Positions 41,195 to 56,400 of a DNA stretch of 64,000 nucleotides are shown here, piece after piece. Under the pieces are notes generated by a model. The model was not told the DNA's origin, searched no databases, and worked only from the letters and a program-made list of their open reading frames with translations. The stretch lies in NCBI GenBank assembly GCA_964016885.1, contig OZ024748.1, forward strand, positions 33,108,001 to 33,172,000, written 5' to 3'. Origin of the DNA: Eledone cirrhosa. Its lineage: Eukaryota. The translations under genes were made by a program, and so were the position numbers. Positions within the stretch are counted from its first letter, which is position 1. Every line of letters begins with the position of its first letter.

Positions 41195-42380
41195 TATGTA
41201 TAAGAGGAATTCCAACTTTGTCTGATTTACTCGTTTTATTTACAATCCTTTAACATTTATAATGGTATCATAATGAAATAGTATGATAGAATATTAAATT
41301 CTAAGTGTTAATTGAACAAGTACTTTCATGCTTTCGCAATCTTCAGGTTCATAATATGTGGTGACAGTCAAGTTTGCAATTTTCAACTGTAATGAGATGG
41401 GTAAATTTTGTACCTTATATACAGTGAAAAGTGGCTCCAGAATGCTAAATCTTGCAAACTGTTTTTCGACCAATCGGTGTGTAGTTTCACTGAATTACTA
41501 AAGCTAATTGGTTTAAGCGTCATGGCTGGTTGAGCATGTCTAACGACCAATAATTAATCCTATCCAAAGCATCAATTGTTTTGCTATTTTTAGAAATGAT
41601 GAAAATAGCATTTTCTAGTAATCATCACCATCAACATCACTTTTATTATTATTATTATTGTTGTTGTTGTTGTTGTAAGTGGTCGTAGTCGACATGGTCG
41701 TAGTCATAGTCATAGTAGAAGTAATACCCCTAAGCGTTATTATTGTTCATTTAGCTTGGGTTTTAATTTATCAATAACATTCTTTTCTTTGATTTTTCTC
41801 TTGATTTCACTTGGGCTGTGTAATTTGTAGAATGGGAATATTATAAATATTCCCTGACCACATGTTGCTAGATGGTTACTTAGGGGTATCTGACGGACAT
41901 TTGGGTCTCTGATTTGCTGACGGTGTACCCGTGCACGTTCCGATAATGCATTTCCAGTTTGACCGACATATAGTTCTTCACAATTCGGGCATTTAATGCA
42001 GTAAATTAGATTTCTGCTTTTGCAGTTCATATTTGCATTTGGGAATATTTTTCCAGTTTTTGTTTTCATATATTGACCGGCGTGTATGGATTGACATGTG
42101 CCGCATCGACTATCATTGCATTTAGATACAGTGAATGATTGGTCTTTGTTGTTAAGGTCAAACTTTGTTTTTGTTAGTAATTGCTTCAAATTTTTTTTTT
42201 TTTGTCACCAGAATATCTTCAACACTGCCAAAGCAAACCTACCGATCATTGCTCAAAGTAATGAATTAAAAGGCTTAATCACAGATCGATCTTTGACTTT
42301 TGGTAAAAGACAGCCAAAAAATTTGAAGCAATTACTCACAAAAGCAAAGTTTGACCTTAACAACAAAGATCAATCATTAT
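41195..42380 (-). mobile_element. Penelope-like element 3' part (GIY-YIG ORF 41740-42189) with inverted upstream fragment (plus, ~42205-42378)
   Basis: CNDSRCGTC...NCKSRNLIYCIKCPNCEELYVGQTGNALSERARVH. KQLLTK(T/A)KFDLNNKDQS is present on both strands. Confidence 0.9.
41313..41351 (-). ncRNA. Intact-looking minimal hammerhead in PLE pLTR
   Basis: UGAAC CUGAAGA U-UGC-GAAA-GCA-U GAAA GUAC UU GUUCA: 5-bp stem I, palindromic stem III AGUACU. Confidence 0.88.
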
Positions 42381-42422
42381 TAATATAATCTTCTATACAC
42401 AATCATACACACCCGTGTATAT

Positions 42423-43203
<781 letters not shown>

Positions 43204-43229
43204 TATATATATATATATATATATATTGT

Positions 43230-44515
43230 TATACTTTGGGAGGGTCATGTTGCCAATAAGAAACACACGCACCAGTTGCTTTCACTTCAATTTATTATAA
43301 TAAATTTATAAATTCAGGGATTTATAAATTTACGGTTGGTTGGTTGGTTCCACAACCAGATGGTTGTTTATATATTGTCAAAGTTTTTTCGTTACACATT
43401 CTGTGACCTCTTCAGTGACTGGGGATTCTTTTCTTTGTTTTTTGTGCCTCTCTTTGTTCTGTCCTACGCCATCTTGTTTTTGTGTGTGTGTTGTGTGCTT
43501 AGTTTGCGCATGTGTCACATCCGGATGTGTGTTTGTTTATATTCGTTTATTTATTTGTTTATTTACATGTTACTGGTTGGTTGTTTGTTCTATGTGCCTG
43601 TGTGTTTTCATTTTGTCCTTAATTGTAAGTTGTGATGTTGCTGTTACACTCATGTTTTCTATTTAATTTTGGTTGTAATTCATTTATGTTTATTGCCTCT
43701 GTGATTTGTCTAAACATTGCGTCTTTTCTGTGTGTAGATTCTATTTTTATTTCTATGTTCTCAAATTTACCCTTATGTTCTATTTTAGCATGTTGGTAGA
43801 GTACAGATGATTCTTTACTATCTTGAAGGTCTCGTCAGTGTTCATTTATCCGTTCCCCTATACTACGAGCTGTCTCACCTATTTACACTATATTTTTTAT
43901 CTCTACATTGTCCTTCAGTACATCTTATGCTATATACTACATTTCTAGTTTTACAGTTAATATGGGGGCTTAATTTACAGATTATACATTTCTTATCTAT
44001 ACAGGGAGGTCTTTGAAAAGGGTATGTCTTGCTAATAAGTGTTTTTATGGAGGTACCTGGTCTTTCTACTATCTTAATATGGAGTTATGTTTATCTAGGG
44101 CCCTTCTAAATTTGTAAGCTAATTCACCTCTAGGGGTTGTATCGATGAACATTATACTCTGGTATTTATTGCTATCATACCATGAGTTTATTCTATTAGC
44201 CTTATTCCTAGTTCCTTCTATTCTATTCCATTCCTAGTTCTTTCTATTCTAATGAGAAACGTGTCCCGCATGTGCAACCCCGAAGAACTAGAGAGACACA
44301 TATAACACTTCATCCACCGTATGCAGTTCTCTGGTTACAATCAGAGAGATAAAATCAGAGTGTATAGAGGAGCCAGAACCAAATGGGAAAAAATGGTAAA
44401 TAATTACACAAATGGGACCTGCCCCTTGTGTAGGAGCACATTTTGGAATAGAATAGAAAGAACTAGGAATAAGGCTAATAGAATAAACTCATGGTATGAT
44501 AGCAATAAATACCAT
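43230..44515 (-). mobile_element. Penelope-like element fragment (minus) with inverted upstream fragment (plus, ~44250-44513)
   Basis: The minus strand encodes a GIY-YIG region homologous to 1335-1660. 44160-44230 is mirrored at ~44443-44513. Decayed HHR core at 43377-43418 (minus) with stem I GUCA/UGAC. Confidence 0.8.
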
Positions 44516-44546
44516 ATATGTATATATATATATGTATATATATATG

Positions 44547-44577
<31 letters not shown>

Positions 44578-44594
44578 GTATAAATATATATGTA

Positions 44595-44687
<93 letters not shown>

Positions 44688-47492
44688 TTCCCCCCCGGTT
44701 CCTTTCCCTGTTCTAGGCCCCGCTGCAACACCTGTCCCCACATCACCAACACCACCACCTTCCAGGGTCCCAACGGCCACTCTCTCTCGGTCCAGCATGC
44801 CTTCCGCTTCACCTCCTCCAACCTAGTCTACAGACTATGTCGGACAGACGGGACGTCGCCTGGCGGACCGAGTCACGGAGCACCTCCGGGATATTCGTCT
44901 CGGGGGCAGTTCCCCCATCGCCCGCCACTTTGGTGGCCCTGGACACTCCGCACGCCATCTCACAGTCTGTGGCCTACTCCAGTGCCACGGAACACCCGCC
45001 CATCGCCTTACGGTCGAACAACGAACTATCTTCATCTTACAGACCCACACTCCCCCCGGCCTGAACTCCCCACCCTTATTCCTTTAGCGTTCGACCACCC
45101 CCCTCCCCCCATACTTATCCCCCACTAACACCACTAACACACCCCTCCTTTTCACCGCCCACCCCACACTAACAATACTAACACCTCCACTCCACCCCTC
45201 ATCTGACCACCCTTCCCCAACTAACATACTAACATCCCTTCCCTCCCCTCTTCTCCTCCTCCCCCTCCTTATCACACGCACACACGCACCCACTTACACC
45301 TCCCACCCACACGCAACTAACATCACTAACACCCCCCAACCCCACGCACACGTACCCAAACACCCTCGTACACCACCAACTCTATATACCCTACCACCAC
45401 TAACCCCCACTCACTCCTGCATTCAACCCCTCCTCACCTCCCGTATACTAACACCCACTAACACCTCTTCCCCAAACTACACACACACCAGTACACCACA
45501 CTCCCTCCATAGAACCACACACACCCTTCTCTCCCCGCTCCACCCATACCCCCGCTCCACACTCACTCATCCCACTAACACCCCTACTAATACGCACACA
45601 CACACACACACCCTCCTCACTCCAACTTTCACACCTACCCATCCTCGCCTCCTTACCATTCCACCGACTGCTGCTATGCCCTTCTGACCACCTCCCAGCA
45701 CCAACAGACCACAGCACTCCCACTGCTGACCACTTCCTGTTGCGCGCGCACCCCACATCTCTCCTCTTCCGACCACCGCTTCATGGATTACCCACACGCA
45801 GAAATTGACTTATAACCAATCCTCCTAACATCCTTGGAACTTACCAACTTTTCAACCATCCTCTTACGTCATCACCTATATAACTCACCCACACAACACC
45901 CCAACAAATTTTTTTTCTCCACACGCCACCCACACCCACAACACGCTTAAACCCCACACACACGTGCTTCCCACCACATATTTACACCTTCAGCCTCCTG
46001 ATTCCTCTCCCCCCACCCCCCTATCCACAGACGCACAGACACTCCGACCCACAAAAACACCCCCCACACACACCTCTTCCTGAACATGCAACCCCGTTCT
46101 TCCCCCAACCCTTACTTTCACATACACACACACACACACACGCACACCTACACACACACACACCACCTTCAGCCCTCCCCGCTCGGACACCCCGTCTCCC
46201 TCTCCCCACTCCACCCGCCACCACCCCTACTCACCCCACACCCTTCCACCACCTGTTTACCCCCCTTTTAATTTCAGTTTATTTTGATCATGCTTTTATT
46301 TTTAAATTTTCTCATTCCTTGTATTTTGATCATGCTTTATTTTTATTTTTTATTTTTTATCTTTATTTGTTAATTTTTCATTCGCACCGTTTCCTTTCGC
46401 TATATGTCTCTCCACCACTCCCCTACACACCTTTTGAACTCTGTTCCCACACACTTCTCACCTGAGGAAGGGCTTATGCCCGAAACGTCGTCCCCCACCT
46501 ACCCCCCACTCTCCTGAGCGTGAAATTAATAAACATTTATTGTACTGCCTCTCTGTTTTGTCCCTGTTCAAATTTTTCCATTATATATAATACACGCTCA
46601 CACGGCTTCCATCCTTGGAACATAACTTAACAACCGGCTCAACCCCGATCTAATCCGCCGTGACCTTTCTCCGAACTTTACACACCTCCCACACTTGGTG
46701 TTTCCTTCCACGCATTACCTCTGTTTGATTTTGTTACCGTACATTTTTTTCCGTATAAGAAAGATTCTTTGCCTGTGTTCTTACAATTGTATTTCTATGA
46801 TTTTTTGTTCACGGTTGCCTGTGTTTTTACCTGTATGATTTTTTGTTCACGATCGCCTGTGTTTTTACCTTTATGATTTTTTGTCTTTAATTTTCCTGTG
46901 TTTACTTCCCCCTCCCTACGTTTTTCTGTTTCATTTCCCTTCCCCGTCTCTGCCTATCCTTCGCACTCACCCCTTCGTTCACTCCACCCCGCTTCATACC
47001 CCTGCCCTCTCATCCCCCCCCCCTGCTTTCACCCAACGCCCATCATGCCCAACCTGAGATCCTTTCTCCACCAACTACACAATCGCCTCAAACTTTTCCT
47101 CACCCCCCTCCTCCCACCCTGCTATCTCCCCTCCGCCCTTCAACTCTCCTACCTTCTCTTCGCCAAAACCCGGCACTCCAGCCACATCCTTTTCCTCAGC
47201 CACTGCCTCCGCCTCCACCTTATCCCCCTCGGCTTCCGTCTACACTTCCACCCCTCCTCCGCCGCTTCCCCTTCCACGCAACGTATCCTCACCCGATCCT
47301 CACGCCTCCTGATGCGCAACTCCATCCGCGACTCCCGTTCCACCCTCCGCCTACTTGACCACCAACTGACCCCCACCCTCCTCCGCCTTTACTCCACCTG
47401 CCACCCCCTCCTCGCCCAAGCCATCCTCTCCTTCATCCACAACCTCAACCACAACCTCTTCTCGTTCCTCAGCTCCACCAAAGCCCGCAAGC
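44688..47492 (+). mobile_element. C-rich Penelope-like element in partial-tandem arrangement: GIY-YIG end, pLTR with HHR, then start of ORF
   Basis: [17 protein letters not shown]...TSSNLVY, then [18 protein letters not shown] in another frame. N-terminal PLE-like motif HILFLSHCLRLHLIPLGF in the ORF from 47045, which runs into the satellite. Confidence 0.82.
46460..46491 (+). ncRNA. Minimal hammerhead core in PLE pLTR
   Basis: CUGAGGA A GGGC-UUAU-GCCC GAAAC GUC. Stem I has only 2 bp (AC/GU). Confidence 0.7.
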
Positions 47493-50400
47493 TACACTCA
47501 CAACACACACTACTCTCCCACAACATACACTACTGCTACACAACACAGACTACTGCACCACAACACCCGCTACTTCACCACAACACACTACTGATTCACA
47601 ACACACATTATTGCCTCCACAACACACGCTACTACACCACAACACACACTACTCCCCCCCCCCCCAACACACTACTGCACCACAACACACACTACTGCAC
47701 CACAACACACACTACTGCCCCACAACACTTTCTCTTCCACAACACATACTGCTGCCACACAACACGCACTACTGCCCCACACCACACACTACTGATCCAC
47801 AACTCACACTACTTCCCCCACAACACACACTACTGCCCCACAACACACACTATTGATCCACAACACACCATACTGCGCCACCAAACACACGACTGCCCCC
47901 ACAACACACACTACTGACCCACAACACACATAATTTCCCCAACAATACTAACTACTGATCCACAATAGACTCTACTGACCCCACAACACACACTACTGCA
48001 CCACAACACACACTACGGCAACAAAACACACACTACTACACCACAACGCACACTACTGTACACGCTACTGCCCCCACAACAGAGACTACTGCCCCACAAC
48101 ACACACTACTACAACGCAACGAACACTACTGCTCCACAACATACACTACTGAATTACAACACTTAATACTGCCCCACAACACACACTAGTGCGCAACAAC
48201 ACACACTAATGACCCACAACACACACTACTGCACCACAACATACACTATTGTAAAACAACACACACTACTGCACCACAACACACACTACTGCACCACAAC
48301 ACACACTACTGTCCCACAACACACACTACTGCCCCACAACATACACTATATGCACGACACACACTACTGCCCCACAACACACACTACTGCTCCACAACAC
48401 AGCATACTGCCCCACCAAACACACGACTGCCCCACATCACACACTACTGACCAACAACACACTACTGCCCCACAGCGCACACTACTGATCCACTATAGAC
48501 ACTACTGCCTCCACAACACACACTACTTCCCCCCAACACACTACTGCCCCACAACACACACTACTGCACAACAGCACACATTACTGCACCACAACACACA
48601 CTACTGCCCCCACAACAGACACTCCTGGCCCACAACGAACACTACTGCCCCACAACACACACTACTGACCCACAACACACGCTACTGCCTCCACAACAGA
48701 GACTACTGCCCCACAACACACGCTACTGCCCCACAACACACACTACTGCCCCACAACACACACTACTGCAACACAACGAACACTACTGCTCCACAACATA
48801 CACTACTGCATCACAAAACAAACTACTGCAATAACACACACTACTGCTCCCACAACACACACTACTGCACCACAACATACACTATTGCACAACAACACAC
48901 ACTACTGCCACACAACGCACACTACTGATCTACAACAAAAGCTAGTGACTCCACATCACACACTACTGCCCCACAACACACACTAGTGATCCACAACGCA
49001 CACTACTGCTTTCACAACACACACTACTGCACAACAACACACACTACTGCCACACAACGCACACTACTGATCTACAACAAAAGCTAGTGACTCCACAACA
49101 CACACTACTGCCCCACAACACACACTACTGCTCTACAACACACACTACTGCCCCACAACCCACACTAATTCCCCACATTACATACGACTGCCCCACAACA
49201 CACCATACTGCCCCACAAAACACACGACTGCCCCACAAAACACACTGCTGATCCACAATAGACACTACTGCCCTCATAACACACACTACTTGCCCCCAAC
49301 ACACTACTGCCCCGCAACACACACTACTGCCCCACAACACTCACTCATCCACAACAGACACTGCTGCACGCAACGCACACTACTGCCCCACAAAAGACAC
49401 TTCTGTACCGCAACACACACTAACTACTGATCTACAATAGACACTACTGCCCCCACAACACACACTACTGCCCCACAACACACACTACTACACCACAACA
49501 CACACTACTGCACCACAAAATACACTACTGCCACACAACAAACACTACTGCACCACAACACACACTGCTGCATCACAACACACACTACTACCCCACAACA
49601 CACACTGGTGCCACACAACACACACTACTAACCCACAACACACAGTACTGCCCCACAACACAAATTACTGAACCACAACACACAATACTGCACCACAACA
49701 CACACTACTGTCCCCCACAACACACACTACTACCCCACAACACACACTACTGCCCCATAACACACACTACTACACCACAACACACACTTCTGCCCCACAA
49801 CACGCACTACTGATATACAACACACTACTTCCCCCACAGCCCACACTACCTCCTCAAAACACACACTACTGCCCCCACAACAGCCACTACTGCACCACAA
49901 CACATACTACTGCCCACTAAACACACACTACTGTCCCCCACAACACACACTACTGCTACACAACACACACTACTGCCCCACAACACACACTACTACACCA
50001 CAACACACACTACTGCACCACAACACACACTACTGCACCACAACGCACACTACTGCACCACAACACAGGCTACGGCCCTAACAACAGAGACTACTGCCCC
50101 ACAACACAGGTTACTGCCCCACAACACGCACTACTGCCCCACAACACACACTACTGCAACGCAACGATCACTACTGCTCCACAACATACACTACTGAACC
50201 ACAACACTTAATACTGCACCACAACACATGCTAGTGCGCAACAACACACACTAATGCCCCACAACACACACTACTGCACCACAACATACACTATTGAAAA
50301 ACAACACACACTACTGCACCACAACACACACTACTGCACCACAACATACACTATTGCACAACAACACACTCTACTGCACCACAACACACACTATTGCACG

Positions 50401-53400
50401 CCAACACACACTACTGCCCCCACAACAGACACTACTCCCCCACAATAGACACTACTGATTCACAACACACACTACCGCCCTCACAACACACAGGACTGCA
50501 TCACAACAAATACTACTGCGCCACAACACACACTACTGCCGCCACAACAGACTCTACTGCTCCAGAACACACACTACTGCCACACAACACAAACTACTGC
50601 CCCACAACACATAGTACTGCCCCACAACACACACTACTGCCCCACAACATACACTACTCCCCCACAACACACTCTACTGCCTCACAACACACACTACTGC
50701 ACGATAACACACACTGCTGCACCACAACACACACTACTGCCCCACAACAAAAACTACGGCCCACAAACTACTGCTCCACAACACACACTACTGTCCCACA
50801 ACACACACTACTGTCCCACAACACACATTGCTGCCACATAACACACACTACTGCCCCACAACACACACTAATGCTCCACAACACACATTGCTGCCACATA
50901 ACACACACTACTGCCCCACAACACACACTACTGCACCACAACACACACTACTGAACCACAACACACACTACTGCCCCAAAACACACACTAGTGCCCAACA
51001 ACACACACTACTGAAACACAACATACAGTATTGCACAACAACACACACAACTGAACCACAACACACATAACTGCCCCCTCAACAGACACTACTTCCCCAC
51101 AGCACACACTACTGCCCCACAATACACACTACTGATTCTCAACACACACTACCGCCCTCACAACACAAACTACAGCACCACAACAAACACTACTGCGCCA
51201 CAACACACGCTGTTGCATCACAACATACACTACTGCCAGCAACACAAACTACTGCCCCACAACACACACACTACTGGCCCATAACACACACTACTCCACC
51301 ACAACACACACTACTGCCCCACAACAGACACTACTGATACAAACTACTGCCCCACAACGCACACTACTGCTCCACAACACACACTACTGCCCCACAACAC
51401 ACACTAATGCTCCACAACGCACATTGCTGCCACATAACACACACTACTGTCCCACAACACACACTAGTGCCCAACGACACACACTACTGCACCACAACAT
51501 ACAATATTGCACAATAACATACACTACTGCACCACAACACACACTACTGCACCACAACACACACTACTGCACCACAACACACACTAGTGCCCAACAACAC
51601 ACACTATTGCACCAAAACATACAGTTTTGCAGAACAACACACACTACTGCAAAACAACACACACTGCTGTCGCCACAACAGCCACTACTGCCCCACCACG
51701 CACACTACTGCCCCACAACACACACTACCGCCCTCACAACACAAACTACAGCACCACAACAGACACTACTGCGCCACAACACACGCTGCTGCATCACAAC
51801 ATACACTACTGCCACACAACACAAACTACTGCTCCACAACACACACTACTGCCCCACAACATACACTACTCCACCACAACACACTCTACTGCCTCACAAC
51901 ACACACTACTGCACGACAACACACACTGTTGCACCACAACACACACTACTGCCCCACAACACACACTACTGATACAAACTACTGCCCTACAACGCACACT
52001 ACTGCTCCACAACACACACTACTGCCCCACAACACACACAAATGCTCCACAACACACATTGCTGCCACATAACACACACTACTGTCCCACAACACACACT
52101 AGTGCCCAACGACACACACTACTGCACCACAACATACACTATTGCACAATAACATACACTACTGCACCACAACACACACTACTGCACCACAACACACACT
52201 ACTGCACCACAACACACACTAGTGCCCAACAACACACACTATTGCACCAAAACATACAGTTTTGCATAACAGCACACACTACTGCACAACAACACACACT
52301 ACTGTCCCCACAACAGCCACTACTGCCTCACAACGCACACTACTGCCCCACAACACACACTACCGCCCTCACAACACATACTACTGCCCCACAACAAACA
52401 CTACTGCCCCACAACCCGCTCTACTGATCCACAACACACACTGCTTCCCCCACACATACACTATGGTCCCCACAATACACACTACTGTCCCACAACATAC
52501 ACTACTTCCCCCACAACACACACTACTGTCCTCACAAAACACAATATTGCCCCCACAATATTCGCTACTGCCCAACAACACACACTACTGCACCAATACA
52601 CACACTAGTGCCTCCACAAAACAGACTACTGCCCACAAGACACACTACTGCCTCACAATATACACTACTGATCCCCAACAGACACTACTGATCCTATAAC
52701 ACACACTAGTGCACCACAACAAACACTACCGCCCCCACAATAGACACTACAGTCCCACAACACACACTACTGCACCTCAACACACACCACTGTTCCACAA
52801 CACACACTGCTGCATCACAACTCACACTACCGCCCTCACACTACCGCCCTCACAACACAAACTACAGCACCACAACAAACACTACTGCGCCACAACACAC
52901 GCTGCTGCATCACAACATACACTACTGCCACACAACACAAACTACTGCCTCACAACACACACTACTTCCCCACAACATACACTACTCCACCACAACACAC
53001 ACTACTTCCCCACAACTCACACTACTGTACCACAACATACACTACAGCCTCACAACACACACTACTACACCGCAAAAAAAACTACTGCGCCACAACACAC
53101 ACTAGTGTCACAAAACACACACTATTGCCCCACAATACACACTACTGCGCCCACAATACACACTACTGATCCACAACACGCACTACTGCCCCCACAACAC
53201 ACACTACTGCACCACAATACACACTTCTGACCCACAACGCTCACTACTGAACTACAACACACACTACTGACTTCACAACACACACTACTGCCCCACAACA
53301 CACATTTCTGCTCCACAACACACACTACTGCCCCACAACACACACTACTGCACCGCAAACTCACTACTGCACCACAACACACACTGCTGCCACACAGAAC

Positions 53401-56400
53401 GCACTACTGCCCCACAACACACACTATTGCCCCACAACTCACACCACCATACCGCCACACACACTACTGCACCACAACACACACTTCTGCACCACAACAC
53501 ACACTACTGCCCCCACAACATACACTATGGTCCCCACAATACACACTACTGCCACACAACACACACTACTTCCCCCACAACACACACTACTGTCCCCACA
53601 AAACACAATATTGCCCCCACAATACTCGCTACTGCCCCACAACACACACTACTGCCCCACAAGACAGACTACTGCCCCACAATGTACACTACTGATTCCC
53701 AACAGACACTACTGTCCCTAAAACACATACTAGTGCACCACAACACAGACTACTGCCCCACAACAGACACTACTGCCCCCACAACACACACTACTGATCC
53801 ACAACACACAATACTGACCAACAACACACACTACTGCCACCACAAAACACACTACTGCCACACAACAAACACTACTGCACCACAACACACACTGCTGCAT
53901 CACAACACACACTACTACCCCACAACACACACTGGTGCCACACAACACACACTACTACCCCACAACACACAGTACTGCCCCACAACACAAATTACTGCCC
54001 CACAACACACAATACTGCACCACAACACACACTACTGCACCACAACACATACTACTGCCCACTAAACACACACTACTGTCCCCCACAACACACACTACTG
54101 CCCCACAACACACACTACTGCCCCACAACACACAGTACTGATCTACAACACACACTACTTCCCCCACAGCCCACACTACCTCCTCAAAACACACACTACT
54201 GCCCCCACAACAGACACTACTGCCCCACAACATACACTACTGCCCCACAACACACACTACTGCACCACAACACACACTACTTCACCACAACACACACTAA
54301 TGCCACACAACACAGAGTACTGATCCACAACACACACTACAGACCAACAACACACAGTAATTCCCGACGACGCACACTACTGCCTTCTCAACACACGCTA
54401 TTGCACAACAACACACTCTACTGCCCCAAAACACACACTACTACCCACAAAACATATTAATGCCCCACAATATATACTACTGATCCACAACACACACTAC
54501 TGCACCACAACAAACACTACTGCCCCACAACACACACTGCTGCAACACAACACACACTACTGTCCACAACCCGCACTACTGCCACCACAACAGACACTAC
54601 TGCACCACAACACACACTGCTGCACCGCAACACACACTACTGCACCACAACACACACTACTGCCCCACAACACGAACTACTGCAACACAACATTCACTTA
54701 TGCACCACAACAGACACTACTGCTCAACAACACACACACTACTGCTCCACAACACATACTACTGCCCCAAAACAGACACTACTGCCCCACAACACACTCT
54801 ACTTCAACACAACACACATTACTGCACCACATCACACACACTACTGCCCCACAACACACACTACTGTTCCCACAACAGACACTGCTGCATCACAACACAC
54901 ACTACTGCCCCACAAAACACACTATTGACCCACAACACACACTACTGTACCGAAACACTCACTACTGCTACTACTGTGAATCAGTAGTGTGTGTTGCAGT
55001 ACAGTAGTGTGGGTTGTGGGGCATTAGTATGTGTTGTGGGGCAGTAGTGTGTGTTGTAGAAAAGTAGTGTGTTGTGGGGCAGTATTGTGTGTTGTGGTGC
55101 AGTATTGTGTGTTGTGGTGTAGTAGTGTGTGTTGTGGGTGCAGTAGTGTGTGTTGTGGGGCAGTAGTGTGTGTTGTGGTGCAGTAGTGTGTGTTGTGGCG
55201 GCAGTAGTGTCTGTTTTGGAGCAGTACTGTGGGTTGTGGATCAGTAGTGTGTATTGTGACGGCATTAGTGTGCGTTGTGGGGCAGTAGTGTGTCTTGTGG
55301 TGTAGTAGTGTATTGTGGGCGCAGTAGTGTGTGTTCTGGGGCACTAGTGTGTGTTGTGGGGCAGTAGTGTGTGTTGTAATGCAGCACTGTGTGTTGTGGG
55401 GCAGTAGCGCATATTGTGGGGGCAGTAGTTTTTTTTGTGGGAACAGTAGTGTGTGTTGTGTGGGCAGTAGTGTGTGTTGTGGGGCTGTAGTGTGTGTTGT
55501 GGCGACCATAGTGTATGTTGTGGGGGCAGCAGTGTGTGTTGTGTATCAGTAGTGTGGGTTGTGGGGCAGTAGTGTGTGTTGTGGTGCAGTAGTGTGTGTT
55601 GTGGTGCAGTAGTGTGTGTTGCGGTACAGTAGTGTGCATTGTGGAGCAGTAGTGCGTTCTGTGTGGCAGCCGTGTGTGTTGTGTAGCAGTAGTGAGTGTT
55701 TCGGTACAGTAGTGTGTGTTGTGGGTCAATAGTGTGTTTTGTGGGGCAGTAGTGTGTGTTGTGGGGGAAGTAGTGTGTGTTGTGATGCAGCAGTGTCTGT
55801 TGTGGGAACAGTAGTGTGTGTTGTGGGGCAGTAGCGTGTGTTGTGGTGCAGTAATGTGTGTTGTGTTGAAGTAGAGTGTGTTGTGGGGCAGTAGTGTCTG
55901 TTTTGGGGCATAAGTGAATGTTGTGTTGCAGTAGTTCGTGTTGTGGGGCAGTAGTGTGTGTTGTGGTGCAGTAGTGTGTGTTGCGGTGCAGCAGTGTGTG
56001 TTGTGGTGCAGTAGTGTCTGTTGTGGTGGCAGTAGTGCGTGTTGTGGACAGTAGTGTGTGTTGTGTTGCAGCAGTGTGTGTTGCGTGGCAGTAGTGTTTG
56101 TTGTGGTGCAGTAGTGTGTATTGTGGTGGCAGTAGTGTGTGTTGTGGATCAGTACTCTGTGTTGTGTGGCATTAGTGTGTGTTGTGGTGAAGTAGTGTGT
56201 GTTGTGGTGCAGTAGTATGTGTTGTGGGGCAGTAGTGTATGTTGTGGGGCAGTAGTGTCTGTTGGTGATCAGTAGTGTATATTGTGGGGCAACAGTCTGT
56301 CTTGTGGGACAGTAGTGTGTGTTGTGGGGCAGTAGCGAGTATTGTGGGTGCAATATTGTGTTTTGTGGGGACAGTAGTGTGTGTTGTGGGGGAAGTAGTG

